In this document: in pieces, positions 17,745-26,750 of the stretch
Layout: each line of letters begins with the position of its first letter
Numbering within the stretch: position 1 is the first letter of the stretch
Assembly (NCBI GenBank): GCA_005789565.1
Contig: SXXL01000016.1
Location: 4,745 to 68,744, forward strand
Source: Bacteroidota bacterium
GTDB lineage: Bacteria > Bacteroidota > Bacteroidia > Chitinophagales > Chitinophagaceae
DNA length: 64,000 nucleotides
Reading direction: 5' to 3'
Notes under the pieces: generated by a model
What the model was told of the DNA's origin: nothing
The model's database searches: none
The model's input: the letters and a program-made list of their open reading frames with translations, nothing else
Position numbers and translations under genes: made by a program

Positions 17745-20700
17745 ATGAGAAGGTTCATTCCATTCGTTGCCAGTATGATCGCATTGATGATGGCAATCAG
17801 CGTACCCAAGCAGTCGCTGGCACAATTGGATATTAACATTGGCACCGGCACGGTCGGAAACGGAACGACGACGTATCCATGCCCACTTCAGGATTTTTAT
17901 GAAGGTCAGCGTGCCCAGTATTTATATCGGGCATCGGAGCTGACTGCGGCGGGTATGGGACCCGGACTGATCACAGCCATCAAATTCAATGTCATCTCGG
18001 TTGGAACAACCGGTGTGGTAGAGGGCTTACAGATCCGGATCGGTCATACGACGTCTACCACGTTATTGGCCGGTGCGGCCGGCTGGGATGCCTTCTCCGG
18101 CGCCACCGCGGCAACAGTTGCAACGAACTATCAGCCAGTCACGGGCATGAACACTTTCGTATTACCGGCAGCTTTCAACTGGAATGGATCCGATAACATT
18201 TTGGTGGAAGTGTGTAACGGCGATCCGGCTTCTACAACTGCCACATTTTGGACGGAGAACCCAGTCATTCCCTGGACAACGGGTTTAACTTTCAATGGTT
18301 CTCATACCTACCGGGCCGATGATCTCAATAGCCTTTGCGGAACAACTACCTCCGGGGAGAATGGAACTGCTACTACTCGCCCCAATATCACGTTCGCTTG
18401 GACGCCCGCCACTGCTTGTTCCGGAGCGCCCACAGCCGGTAGTGCCGCGGCCAGTCCCATTTTCGCGTGCGCGGGACAAAACATCAGCCTGACCCTGAGC
18501 GGACAAACCATTGCCAGCGGCATTACGTATCAATGGCAATCGTCGCCCGACAATACAAACTGGACCAACATCACCGGCGCTACTTCCTCTTTCTATACCG
18601 CCACTCAAACCGTAACCACTTACTATCGTTGCGTGATCAGTTGCTCCAACAGCAGCCAGTCTGCCAACAGCGCCTCGGTTTTGGTAACAACACCCGGATT
18701 GGTTTCCGGAACCTTTACCATCAACAGTGCTCAGCCCACCGGCGGTACCAACTTCACCAGTTTCACCGATGCGTATAACTATATCAAGTGTGGTATCAAT
18801 GGTCCCGTTGTCTTCAACGTGAACCCCACCTCCGGTCCCTATACCGAACAACTCATCATCACCCCCATTTTTGGGGCCTCCGCCACCAATACCATCACCT
18901 TTAACGGGAATGGTCGTCAACTTCGCTTCACCTCCACCAACACCGGTGAGCGCGCCGTGATCAAATTGAACGGGGCCGATCATTTTGTATTCGACAGCTT
19001 GCAGATCACCGCTACCGGTTCGGCCGCCACCGACTACGGCTTTACCGTGCATTTGATCAATGATGCCGACTCCAATACCTTCCGTAAGTGTACGATCGAG
19101 GCTAATGCTTTATCCACCAGCACCAACTTCGTGCCCGTGGTCATCAACTCCAACGCTTCCTCGGCCACGGCGACCGGTAGTTCAAATTGCGACGGAAACA
19201 CCTTCAGCGATAACACCATCATCGGCGGCTACTACTCCGTTACCAACGTGGGCAGCAGCACGGTGGCCAACCAGAACAATAAATTCCTTCGAAACAAGGT
19301 TCAAGAATTCTATTTCTCCGGATTCTATATGAACGGAACCTTCAATTCATGGATCGACGCAAACGACCTGAGTCGCCCCACCCGTACCAACAGCAACACC
19401 TCGGTGTATGCCATCTACCTCACCGGACTCAGCACCAATGCCAAGATCAACGGTAACTACATTCACAGTCTCTACGACGCCGCGATCACCACCACCAACG
19501 ATGCCTATGGTATCTACTTTACCTCGGTGGATGCCTTGGCCGGATTGGAAAACCGCGTCACCAACAACGTCATCTACGACATCAAGAGCAATGGATCCCT
19601 CTATGGTATCGCCAACCTGAGCTCCGACAACGTGTTCTATTACCACAATACCATCTCCTTTGACGATGCCAGCAGTGCCGCTGCCGCAGCCGAACTGACC
19701 CGCGGATTCTATCAAACCACGGTAGCCGCCGGTATTGAATTCAAGAACAACCTGATCACCCTGACTCGCGCAGGTGGTACCGCTCGTGCCGGTATCCACC
19801 TCGCGGCAACGGCCAGTGTGATCGCCTCGAATAACAACGACATTTATTTCACGCCCGCCGCCAACGTCAACTTCGGTATCTGGGGTACAGCCAATCAAGC
19901 CACACTGGCCAACTGGCAAGCGGCCTCAACGCAAGATGCCAACTCCGTAACGATCGATCCCTCGTATCTCAACTTTGCCATTGGCAACCTGAAGCCCACG
20001 GCACCTGCACTAAATGACCTCGGCGTACCGGTAGGCGTAACTACCGACGTAGTGGGCGCCTCCCGCAGTGCCACTACACCAGATATCGGTGCTTGGGAGT
20101 TTGCCGTGCCGGCTTGTACGACGCCACCCACGCCGGGTGATGCCACCTCCAGTGTGAGTGCACCGATCTGTCCGAATGAACCGGTTTCGTTGGGATTGAA
20201 TAATAACTCCTACGGAACGGGACAAACCTATCAGTGGCAATCCGCAACCAGTTTGGCCGGACCGTGGACCAACATCGGATCCTCTCAAAACAATCCGAAC
20301 TACAACCTCAATCCCACGACCACCCTCTACTACCGCTGTGCCGTCACCTGCTCCGGCAGTACCACTTTCTCCACGCCGGTACAAGTATTGGTGAATGCCT
20401 TGTTCCCCGCCGGTACGTATACCATCAACCGTTTACAGCCTACAGCCGGAACCAACTACAATAGTTTCAATGCAGCCTATGCGGCCTTGCGTTGTGGTAT
20501 TGCCGGCCCGATCGTATTCAACGTGGTATCCGGCTCTGGTCCCTATAACGAACAAGTGAACATGTCCTACGTGCAAGGAACCTCCGCGACCAATACCGTT
20601 ACGTTCAATGGTAACGGGGAGACCGTCACCTTCCTCTCTACCAATACTTCTCAGCGTGCCGTCTTCAAACTCAGCGGAACCGATTATTTCATCTTCGACA

Positions 20701-23700
20701 GCTTGAATGTGGTGCCCCAGGGTAGTGCAACCACTGAATTCGGATACGGTTTCCACTTGACCAACGGCGCCGACTCCAACATCGTCCGCAAGTGTACTAT
20801 CACCCTGAACACGACCTCTACCTCCACCAACTTCGCGGGAATCGTGAACAGTGCCGGCGATACGCCCACCACGTCCGGACTCAACGAAAGCGATGGAAAC
20901 ATCTTTGAGAAAAATACCATCACCGGCGGCTACTACGGCATCACCCTGGTGGGCAGTACCACCAACGCCGTGGGGAATAATAAAGTCATCGATAATACCA
21001 TTCGCGATTTCTATCTCTATGGTATGTATTTGCTGGGCAACTTCAATACCCAGATCGAATCGAATCGTTTTACTCGTCCCACCCGCGCCACGCCAACCAC
21101 CTTCTATGGAGTTTACCTTACGTCACTCAACGTAAAGGTCAACATCAACAAGAACCGGATTTTCAATCCCTTTGGCGCGGATCCGGGTGCTACGACTTCT
21201 TTCTATGGAGTCTACCTGACCGGGGTGGATGCCTTGGGCGGATTGGAAAATGTGATCAGCAACAATGCCATCTACGACATTCGCTCGGCGGGTGCGATCT
21301 ACGGCGTGTACAATAGCAGTTCCGATAATGCCTGGTGTTATCACAATACGATCAGCTTCGATGATGCAGCGGCCAACACCACCAGCAGCGCTTTCGCTTT
21401 CTATCAGGTAACCACGGCTGCCGGATTGGAATTCAAGAACAACCTCATTTCCATTGCCCGTGGCGGCCAGGGAACCAAGTTCGGTTTATACTTCGCCACC
21501 ACTGGTACTACCTTTACATCCAACCACAACAACTTCTATCTCACCGGTCCGCAGTCGCATGTCGGATACAACGGCGTCAATCGCACTACCCTTGCCGCCT
21601 GGCAAGCGGCCAGTACGCAGGATGCCAACTCGAGTACCTTCAATCCGTTCTATACCGATCCGCCTACAGGCGACTTCAAGCCTCGTAGTGTGGCGATGGA
21701 TAATAAGGGAACCTCTGTGGGTATCACGACCGACATCATAAACGCTTCCCGCAGCACTACCACACCCGATATTGGTGCTTGGGAATTTTCGGTACCGAAC
21801 TGTATTGCACCGCCGACAGCCGGCAACGCCAACGCAACGCCCAATACAGGTATGTGTATCGGTACGCCGATCCGCTTGGATTTGAGTGCCAATACAGCGG
21901 GTGCCGGACAAACCTTCCAATGGCAGTTTGCAACTTCTGCTGCGGGGCCGTGGACAAACCTCGGCGGACCGCTGCTCTTTGCCGACACGGTCATTCAGGC
22001 AGCCGGTAATCTTTGGTATCGTTGCGTGGTGACGTGTAGCGGACAATCCGATACCTCCACCCCCGCACAGGTTACCATGAACCCGGCATTCCCGCCGGGT
22101 GTATATACCATTAATAATGGACAGCCCACCAATTATCCGACGGGCGTAAACTTCAACTCATTCGTAGAAGCGGTCGCCGTCATGGATTGCGGTATCGGTG
22201 GTCCGGTTACCTTCAACGTAGCCCCGGGCACCTACACCGAACAAGTGCGCATCCGTCGTATTACCGGTACTTCGCCCACCAGCCGCGTTACCTTCCAAAG
22301 TGCGAACGGCAACCCCACTTCTGTAAACCTCACCTATGATGCCACCGTTGCTGCCAGCAACTATGTGTTGAAGCTGGATAGTGCCCAGTACATCACTTTC
22401 CGCGGGATGACGGTAACGGCGATCAATACTACCAATGGCCGTGCCATTGACTTTGCTGGGATTGCTTCGTACGACAGCGTACTCAATTGTCGGGTGATCG
22501 TTCCCGCCGGAACCGGAACTACCACCAATGTGACCGGTATCTTCGGAAGTCTGGTAGGTACCAACAACACCATCAAGGGCAATACGGTCGCCGGCGGAAC
22601 GCAGGGCATCCACTTCAGTGGCACCTCTGCCACCTTGGTCACCTCGAACAATGCCATCGACAGCAATTTTGTTACCGGCTTTAACAATAATGGAGTCTAT
22701 GTCGCTAATAGCAACTTCACCTCCGTCAGCAAAAACGAAGTGACATTGCTGGACACCCGTACGGGCATCGGTTACGGCGTTTATGCCAACAACCTCGATT
22801 CATCCTATCAGATCAATGGGAACAAGGTCATGGGCGGCGCTACCACCCAAACCTCTTATGGTATCTATGCAACCGGTTGCGGATCGAATCAATACACCGG
22901 AAGTGTTTCCAACAATAAAGTGATCCTGAAGAATACACAGGCCGGTACGGTCTATGGTATGTACTTGTTGACCATGCAGGGCAACTTCACGCGCAACAAC
23001 GTGATCAATGTTGCTACCATCGGAGCTACCTCGTACGGCCTGTATGGCACCGGGGGCTATGGCGGCATCAAGTATTACAACAACACCGTTCAGAACAGCG
23101 GTACCGGTGCCGGTACCACGAATGTGGCCGGTTATTTCAGTCACAGTTCCACGACCGCCGGTGTCTCGAACATTCGCAACAACATTTTCTATAACACCGG
23201 TGCGGGACGGGCGGCTTACTATACGAACGTGTCTGCGATCTACTCGGATTACAACATGTTCAAGTCGAACGGGGCAACCCTGATCAATTTCGGTACCACC
23301 GGGTATGCGACGTTGCAAGATTGGCGCAATGCACAGAACTGGGATTATAATTCCATCGTGTATACCCCTGCGTTCACAACGAGCGATGAACTACAACCCG
23401 ACGTGAACAATCCGGATGTTTGGGCGATGCATGGTCGAGGCGAACAGATCTCTGACAATGCATCGGATATCAATGGTGCGGCTCGTCCCACCACCCTCAC
23501 CAGCGGCGTTCCCGATCTGGGCGCCTATGAGTTCTTACCCTCTGTCACGCCGCCAGTTCTTCCGGCCACACCGGCCGCTCCGGCTCCGGGCATCACGCAG
23601 CATTACATGTTCGGTACCGATACCGTGCAGAAGATCACTTGGGGAACTACGGTTCCGAGTGCGGTGAATGTGCGCCGTTATTCGGGTGTGATACCGCCGG

Positions 23701-26700
23701 GACTGGCCACCGGACAGGCGTCCATGTATTATTATACCGATGTGGCGATCACGGGTAGCACGCCGACTGCTTTCACGAATCGTCAGTATTATATCGATCC
23801 CTGGATGCGCAACATCCCGCAGGAGAACACCGTTAAGATGGGACGCACCGTTGCGGCCGGTACTTGGTTTGTGTCCTCGAACAGCACCGTAGATGATCTG
23901 ATGAATGTGATCACGGAGGGCAACCTGAGTTACCTCGGTAAGTTTACGGGCATGACCGACGGACAGGCCCCGCCTCCTCCCGCACCGCCGGTCTTCTCGC
24001 TCGATACGTCGAACCGAGGCCGTCGTTTCTGGGTCGGATACGGACACCATTACAGTTTCGATTTCTCGAACTCCCAATCGATGGTACTCTACCTCAGCGC
24101 GGAAGATTCTGCCAACGTAACTGTTAAGGTGAATGGTACCAACTGGGTTCGTAATTATGCGATCCCGGCCAATACCGTACGCGTGAGCGATCTCATGCCC
24201 GAGAGCGGTTTGGTGGATGCACGTCTCCCCGACGAAGGGTTATTCAACCGAGGCATCAGCATTGAGAGTGATAAACCGATCGTGGCCTATGCACATATTT
24301 TGGATGGAGCCACGTCGGGTGCCGGGTTGCTCTTGCCCACCGGCGCCTGGGGTTATGAGTACACGACGCTCAACTCCAGTCAGTATTATTCCTCCAACTC
24401 ATACTCCTGGTTCATGGTCGTGGCCGATCGCGACAGTACGCTCGTGGAGATCACGCCGGCTGTGGCGACCAAAGGCGGACGCCCCGCGGGTGTTCCCTTC
24501 CAGGTATATCTGAACCGCGGACAAGTGTATCAAGTGATGGGTACTGTAACCGGATCGGCCGGTACCGACATGTCGGGCAGCCGTGTCAAATCCATCCCCA
24601 ACGCCAGTGGCAAGTGTTATCCGATCGGTGTCTTCTCCGGCAGTAGCCGTACCGCGATCTGTTATTTCTCCAATGGCGACAACTTTATTCAACAAGTATT
24701 CCCGAACCAGGCCTGGGGAACGAAGTACCTGACCTTTGGTACAGCCAATTCCACCTCCAACACGCAATACTATTCCAACAAGTGGCGTGTGATGGTCAAG
24801 GATCCGACGACCGTCGTTCGTCGTAATGGTGTGATCATCAATCCGGCTACCCTGGTCGTTCCGGGTAATTATTATGAGTTTGGTATCACCGGAGGAACCG
24901 GACCCAGCACGGCCAGTTACATTGAATCCGACAAACCGGTGATGATGGCGCAGTATATGATCTCTTCGAGCGCGAATGAGTGTCCGGGATTGGCGGGTCC
25001 CGCCGGAAACGGCGACCCCGAGGTCATGTATATCAGTCCCATCGAACAAGGTATCAAACGTGCCGTGTTCTACTCGACAGATGAGTTCAACATTGTGGCC
25101 AATTATATCAACGTAGTGTTGCCGACAGCCGGACTCAGCTCGCTCACCATTGATGGTGTCAGCACCTTTACGGATGTGTTTGCCCATCCGGGTCTGCCGG
25201 GCTACAGTTGTGTTCGGCACAACTTGGGCGGAACAGCGGCCCAGCACATCATTCAGTGCGATAGCGCCTTCAATGCGATCACGTACGGATTGGGATCGGT
25301 GGAGAGTTATGGATACAATGCGGGTACGCTGGTCAAGAACCTGAGTGCCTTGCCCGGGTTCAACAACGTATTCAATACCGGGGCTACCAGTTCGTATACG
25401 TGTAAGGGAACGCCGTTTAGAATGACCATTCAGATCACGCTTCGTCCCACGAAACTCGAATGGCAACTCAGTGGCATTCCGAATCTGTCGCCCAACGCAA
25501 ACGTGACGCAGAATAACCCTGTACCGATTGATTCGGTGGTGATCAATGGACGCAAATTCTATATCTATGCCTTGCCGCAGCAGTATACATTCAATCAGAC
25601 CGGCACGTACTCCATCCCGATCAAGGTCTATGACCCGAGTCTAGAGGGTTGCGATGGATCGGTCGAAGTCAATCTGAACATCAATGTGATCGCGGCTCCG
25701 CTCACCAACTTTACGGTCAGTGGCAATGGCTGTTTGGGTACGCCGCTCCAATTCAACGGAACCTGTGTGCCGAGCAACAACATATCGGTCACCTCCTGGC
25801 AGTGGAACTTCAATGATCCGCCTACGAATGGTACCTCTATCCTGCAAAATCCGCAGTACACCTTCGCCGCACCGGGCACCTATAATGTACGCCTGCGGGC
25901 AGTGGCTTCAGACGGATGTATCGGCGATACCACGAAGCCCGTTACGGTCAATCCCCGACCGGTCGTCTCGATCGTACAGGATACCGTCTATGTATGTATC
26001 GGCGCCAACGCTACGTTCACCATCCAGAACCCCGTAGCCGGAGGTGTGTACAATTGGTACAACGCGGCTACCGGCGGAACGCTGTTGGGTACCGGCACCA
26101 CGTTCGTATTGAACAACGTGACCGCACTCACTTCCGTTTGGGCCGAAGCGGTGATCAATGGATGTCCGAGTGCTACGCGCGACCGCGCCTATGCCAACAT
26201 TCTTCCGAACCTCGTGGCACCGATCGCCGTCGTGGATTCTGTCAGCACCAACAGCATCACTTGGCGTTGGAATGCAGTAGCCGGTGCCGCCTCTTATCAG
26301 GTATCGACCGATAACGGCGCCACCTGGAATACGCCATCCTCGGGCAGTCTGGGCCTTACCCACACTGTCACCGGCTTGCCCTTGGGTACTTCGGTAACCT
26401 TGCGGGTTCGTGCGAACGGAGGTTGTATCCCGGCTATCTCGGCACCGGTAACCGGACAAACCGTAACCGACCAGATCTATATCCCCAATAGCTTCACGCC
26501 CAATAACGACGGGCTGAACGATGTACTGAAAGTGTACAGTAATGTGATCCGCAGCTTGCGGTTTACAGTGTACAATCAGTGGGGGGAGAAGATTTTTGAA
26601 TCGACCAATCAGGCATTGGCTTGGGATGGTACCCACAAAGGGCAACCACAACCTTCCGGTGTCTATATCTATGTATGTGACATCTTGCTGCGTAACGGAG

Positions 26701-26741
26701 AACGCGTTCAACGCAAAGGCTCCGTGAACCTGGCACGATGA
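17745..26741 (+). CDS. Giant secreted protein with a T9SS type-B (gliding motility-associated CHU_C) C-terminal sorting domain
   Basis: The ATG at 17745 gives the signal peptide MRRFIPFVASMIALMMAISVPKQSLAQ. The body has three modules of about 560 aa (Cys-framed Ig-like YQWQ...YYRC unit plus a beta-helix-like N-rich repeat region). These are followed by an IgGFc-binding-like core, PKD-like and Fn3-like units. The C-terminus is IPNSFTPNNDGLNDVLKV...YNQWGEKIFES...WDGTHKGQPQPSGVYIYV. Confidence 0.85.
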   Translation: MRRFIPFVASMIALMMAISVPKQSLAQLDINIGTGTVGNGTTTYPCPLQDFYEGQRAQYLYRASELTAAGMGPGLITAIKFNVISVGTTGVVEGLQIRIGHTTSTTLLAGAAGWDAFSGATAATVATNYQPVTGMNTFVLPAAFNWNGSDNILVEVCNGDPASTTATFWTENPVIPWTTGLTFNGSHTYRADDLNSLCGTTTSGENGTATTRPNITFAWTPATACSGAPTAGSAAASPIFACAGQNISLTLSGQTIASGITYQWQSSPDNTNWTNITGATSSFYTATQTVTTYYRCVISCSNSSQSANSASVLVTTPGLVSGTFTINSAQPTGGTNFTSFTDAYNYIKCGINGPVVFNVNPTSGPYTEQLIITPIFGASATNTITFNGNGRQLRFTSTNTGERAVIKLNGADHFVFDSLQITATGSAATDYGFTVHLINDADSNTFRKCTIEANALSTSTNFVPVVINSNASSATATGSSNCDGNTFSDNTIIGGYYSVTNVGSSTVANQNNKFLRNKVQEFYFSGFYMNGTFNSWIDANDLSRPTRTNSNTSVYAIYLTGLSTNAKINGNYIHSLYDAAITTTNDAYGIYFTSVDALAGLENRVTNNVIYDIKSNGSLYGIANLSSDNVFYYHNTISFDDASSAAAAAELTRGFYQTTVAAGIEFKNNLITLTRAGGTARAGIHLAATASVIASNNNDIYFTPAANVNFGIWGTANQATLANWQAASTQDANSVTIDPSYLNFAIGNLKPTAPALNDLGVPVGVTTDVVGASRSATTPDIGAWEFAVPACTTPPTPGDATSSVSAPICPNEPVSLGLNNNSYGTGQTYQWQSATSLAGPWTNIGSSQNNPNYNLNPTTTLYYRCAVTCSGSTTFSTPVQVLVNALFPAGTYTINRLQPTAGTNYNSFNAAYAALRCGIAGPIVFNVVSGSGPYNEQVNMSYVQGTSATNTVTFNGNGETVTFLSTNTSQRAVFKLSGTDYFIFDSLNVVPQGSATTEFGYGFHLTNGADSNIVRKCTITLNTTSTSTNFAGIVNSAGDTPTTSGLNESDGNIFEKNTITGGYYGITLVGSTTNAVGNNKVIDNTIRDFYLYGMYLLGNFNTQIESNRFTRPTRATPTTFYGVYLTSLNVKVNINKNRIFNPFGADPGATTSFYGVYLTGVDALGGLENVISNNAIYDIRSAGAIYGVYNSSSDNAWCYHNTISFDDAAANTTSSAFAFYQVTTAAGLEFKNNLISIARGGQGTKFGLYFATTGTTFTSNHNNFYLTGPQSHVGYNGVNRTTLAAWQAASTQDANSSTFNPFYTDPPTGDFKPRSVAMDNKGTSVGITTDIINASRSTTTPDIGAWEFSVPNCIAPPTAGNANATPNTGMCIGTPIRLDLSANTAGAGQTFQWQFATSAAGPWTNLGGPLLFADTVIQAAGNLWYRCVVTCSGQSDTSTPAQVTMNPAFPPGVYTINNGQPTNYPTGVNFNSFVEAVAVMDCGIGGPVTFNVAPGTYTEQVRIRRITGTSPTSRVTFQSANGNPTSVNLTYDATVAASNYVLKLDSAQYITFRGMTVTAINTTNGRAIDFAGIASYDSVLNCRVIVPAGTGTTTNVTGIFGSLVGTNNTIKGNTVAGGTQGIHFSGTSATLVTSNNAIDSNFVTGFNNNGVYVANSNFTSVSKNEVTLLDTRTGIGYGVYANNLDSSYQINGNKVMGGATTQTSYGIYATGCGSNQYTGSVSNNKVILKNTQAGTVYGMYLLTMQGNFTRNNVINVATIGATSYGLYGTGGYGGIKYYNNTVQNSGTGAGTTNVAGYFSHSSTTAGVSNIRNNIFYNTGAGRAAYYTNVSAIYSDYNMFKSNGATLINFGTTGYATLQDWRNAQNWDYNSIVYTPAFTTSDELQPDVNNPDVWAMHGRGEQISDNASDINGAARPTTLTSGVPDLGAYEFLPSVTPPVLPATPAAPAPGITQHYMFGTDTVQKITWGTTVPSAVNVRRYSGVIPPGLATGQASMYYYTDVAITGSTPTAFTNRQYYIDPWMRNIPQENTVKMGRTVAAGTWFVSSNSTVDDLMNVITEGNLSYLGKFTGMTDGQAPPPPAPPVFSLDTSNRGRRFWVGYGHHYSFDFSNSQSMVLYLSAEDSANVTVKVNGTNWVRNYAIPANTVRVSDLMPESGLVDARLPDEGLFNRGISIESDKPIVAYAHILDGATSGAGLLLPTGAWGYEYTTLNSSQYYSSNSYSWFMVVADRDSTLVEITPAVATKGGRPAGVPFQVYLNRGQVYQVMGTVTGSAGTDMSGSRVKSIPNASGKCYPIGVFSGSSRTAICYFSNGDNFIQQVFPNQAWGTKYLTFGTANSTSNTQYYSNKWRVMVKDPTTVVRRNGVIINPATLVVPGNYYEFGITGGTGPSTASYIESDKPVMMAQYMISSSANECPGLAGPAGNGDPEVMYISPIEQGIKRAVFYSTDEFNIVANYINVVLPTAGLSSLTIDGVSTFTDVFAHPGLPGYSCVRHNLGGTAAQHIIQCDSAFNAITYGLGSVESYGYNAGTLVKNLSALPGFNNVFNTGATSSYTCKGTPFRMTIQITLRPTKLEWQLSGIPNLSPNANVTQNNPVPIDSVVINGRKFYIYALPQQYTFNQTGTYSIPIKVYDPSLEGCDGSVEVNLNINVIAAPLTNFTVSGNGCLGTPLQFNGTCVPSNNISVTSWQWNFNDPPTNGTSILQNPQYTFAAPGTYNVRLRAVASDGCIGDTTKPVTVNPRPVVSIVQDTVYVCIGANATFTIQNPVAGGVYNWYNAATGGTLLGTGTTFVLNNVTALTSVWAEAVINGCPSATRDRAYANILPNLVAPIAVVDSVSTNSITWRWNAVAGAASYQVSTDNGATWNTPSSGSLGLTHTVTGLPLGTSVTLRVRANGGCIPAISAPVTGQTVTDQIYIPNSFTPNNDGLNDVLKVYSNVIRSLRFTVYNQWGEKIFESTNQALAWDGTHKGQPQPSGVYIYVCDILLRNGERVQRKGSVNLAR

Positions 26742-26750
26742 TGATATAAT

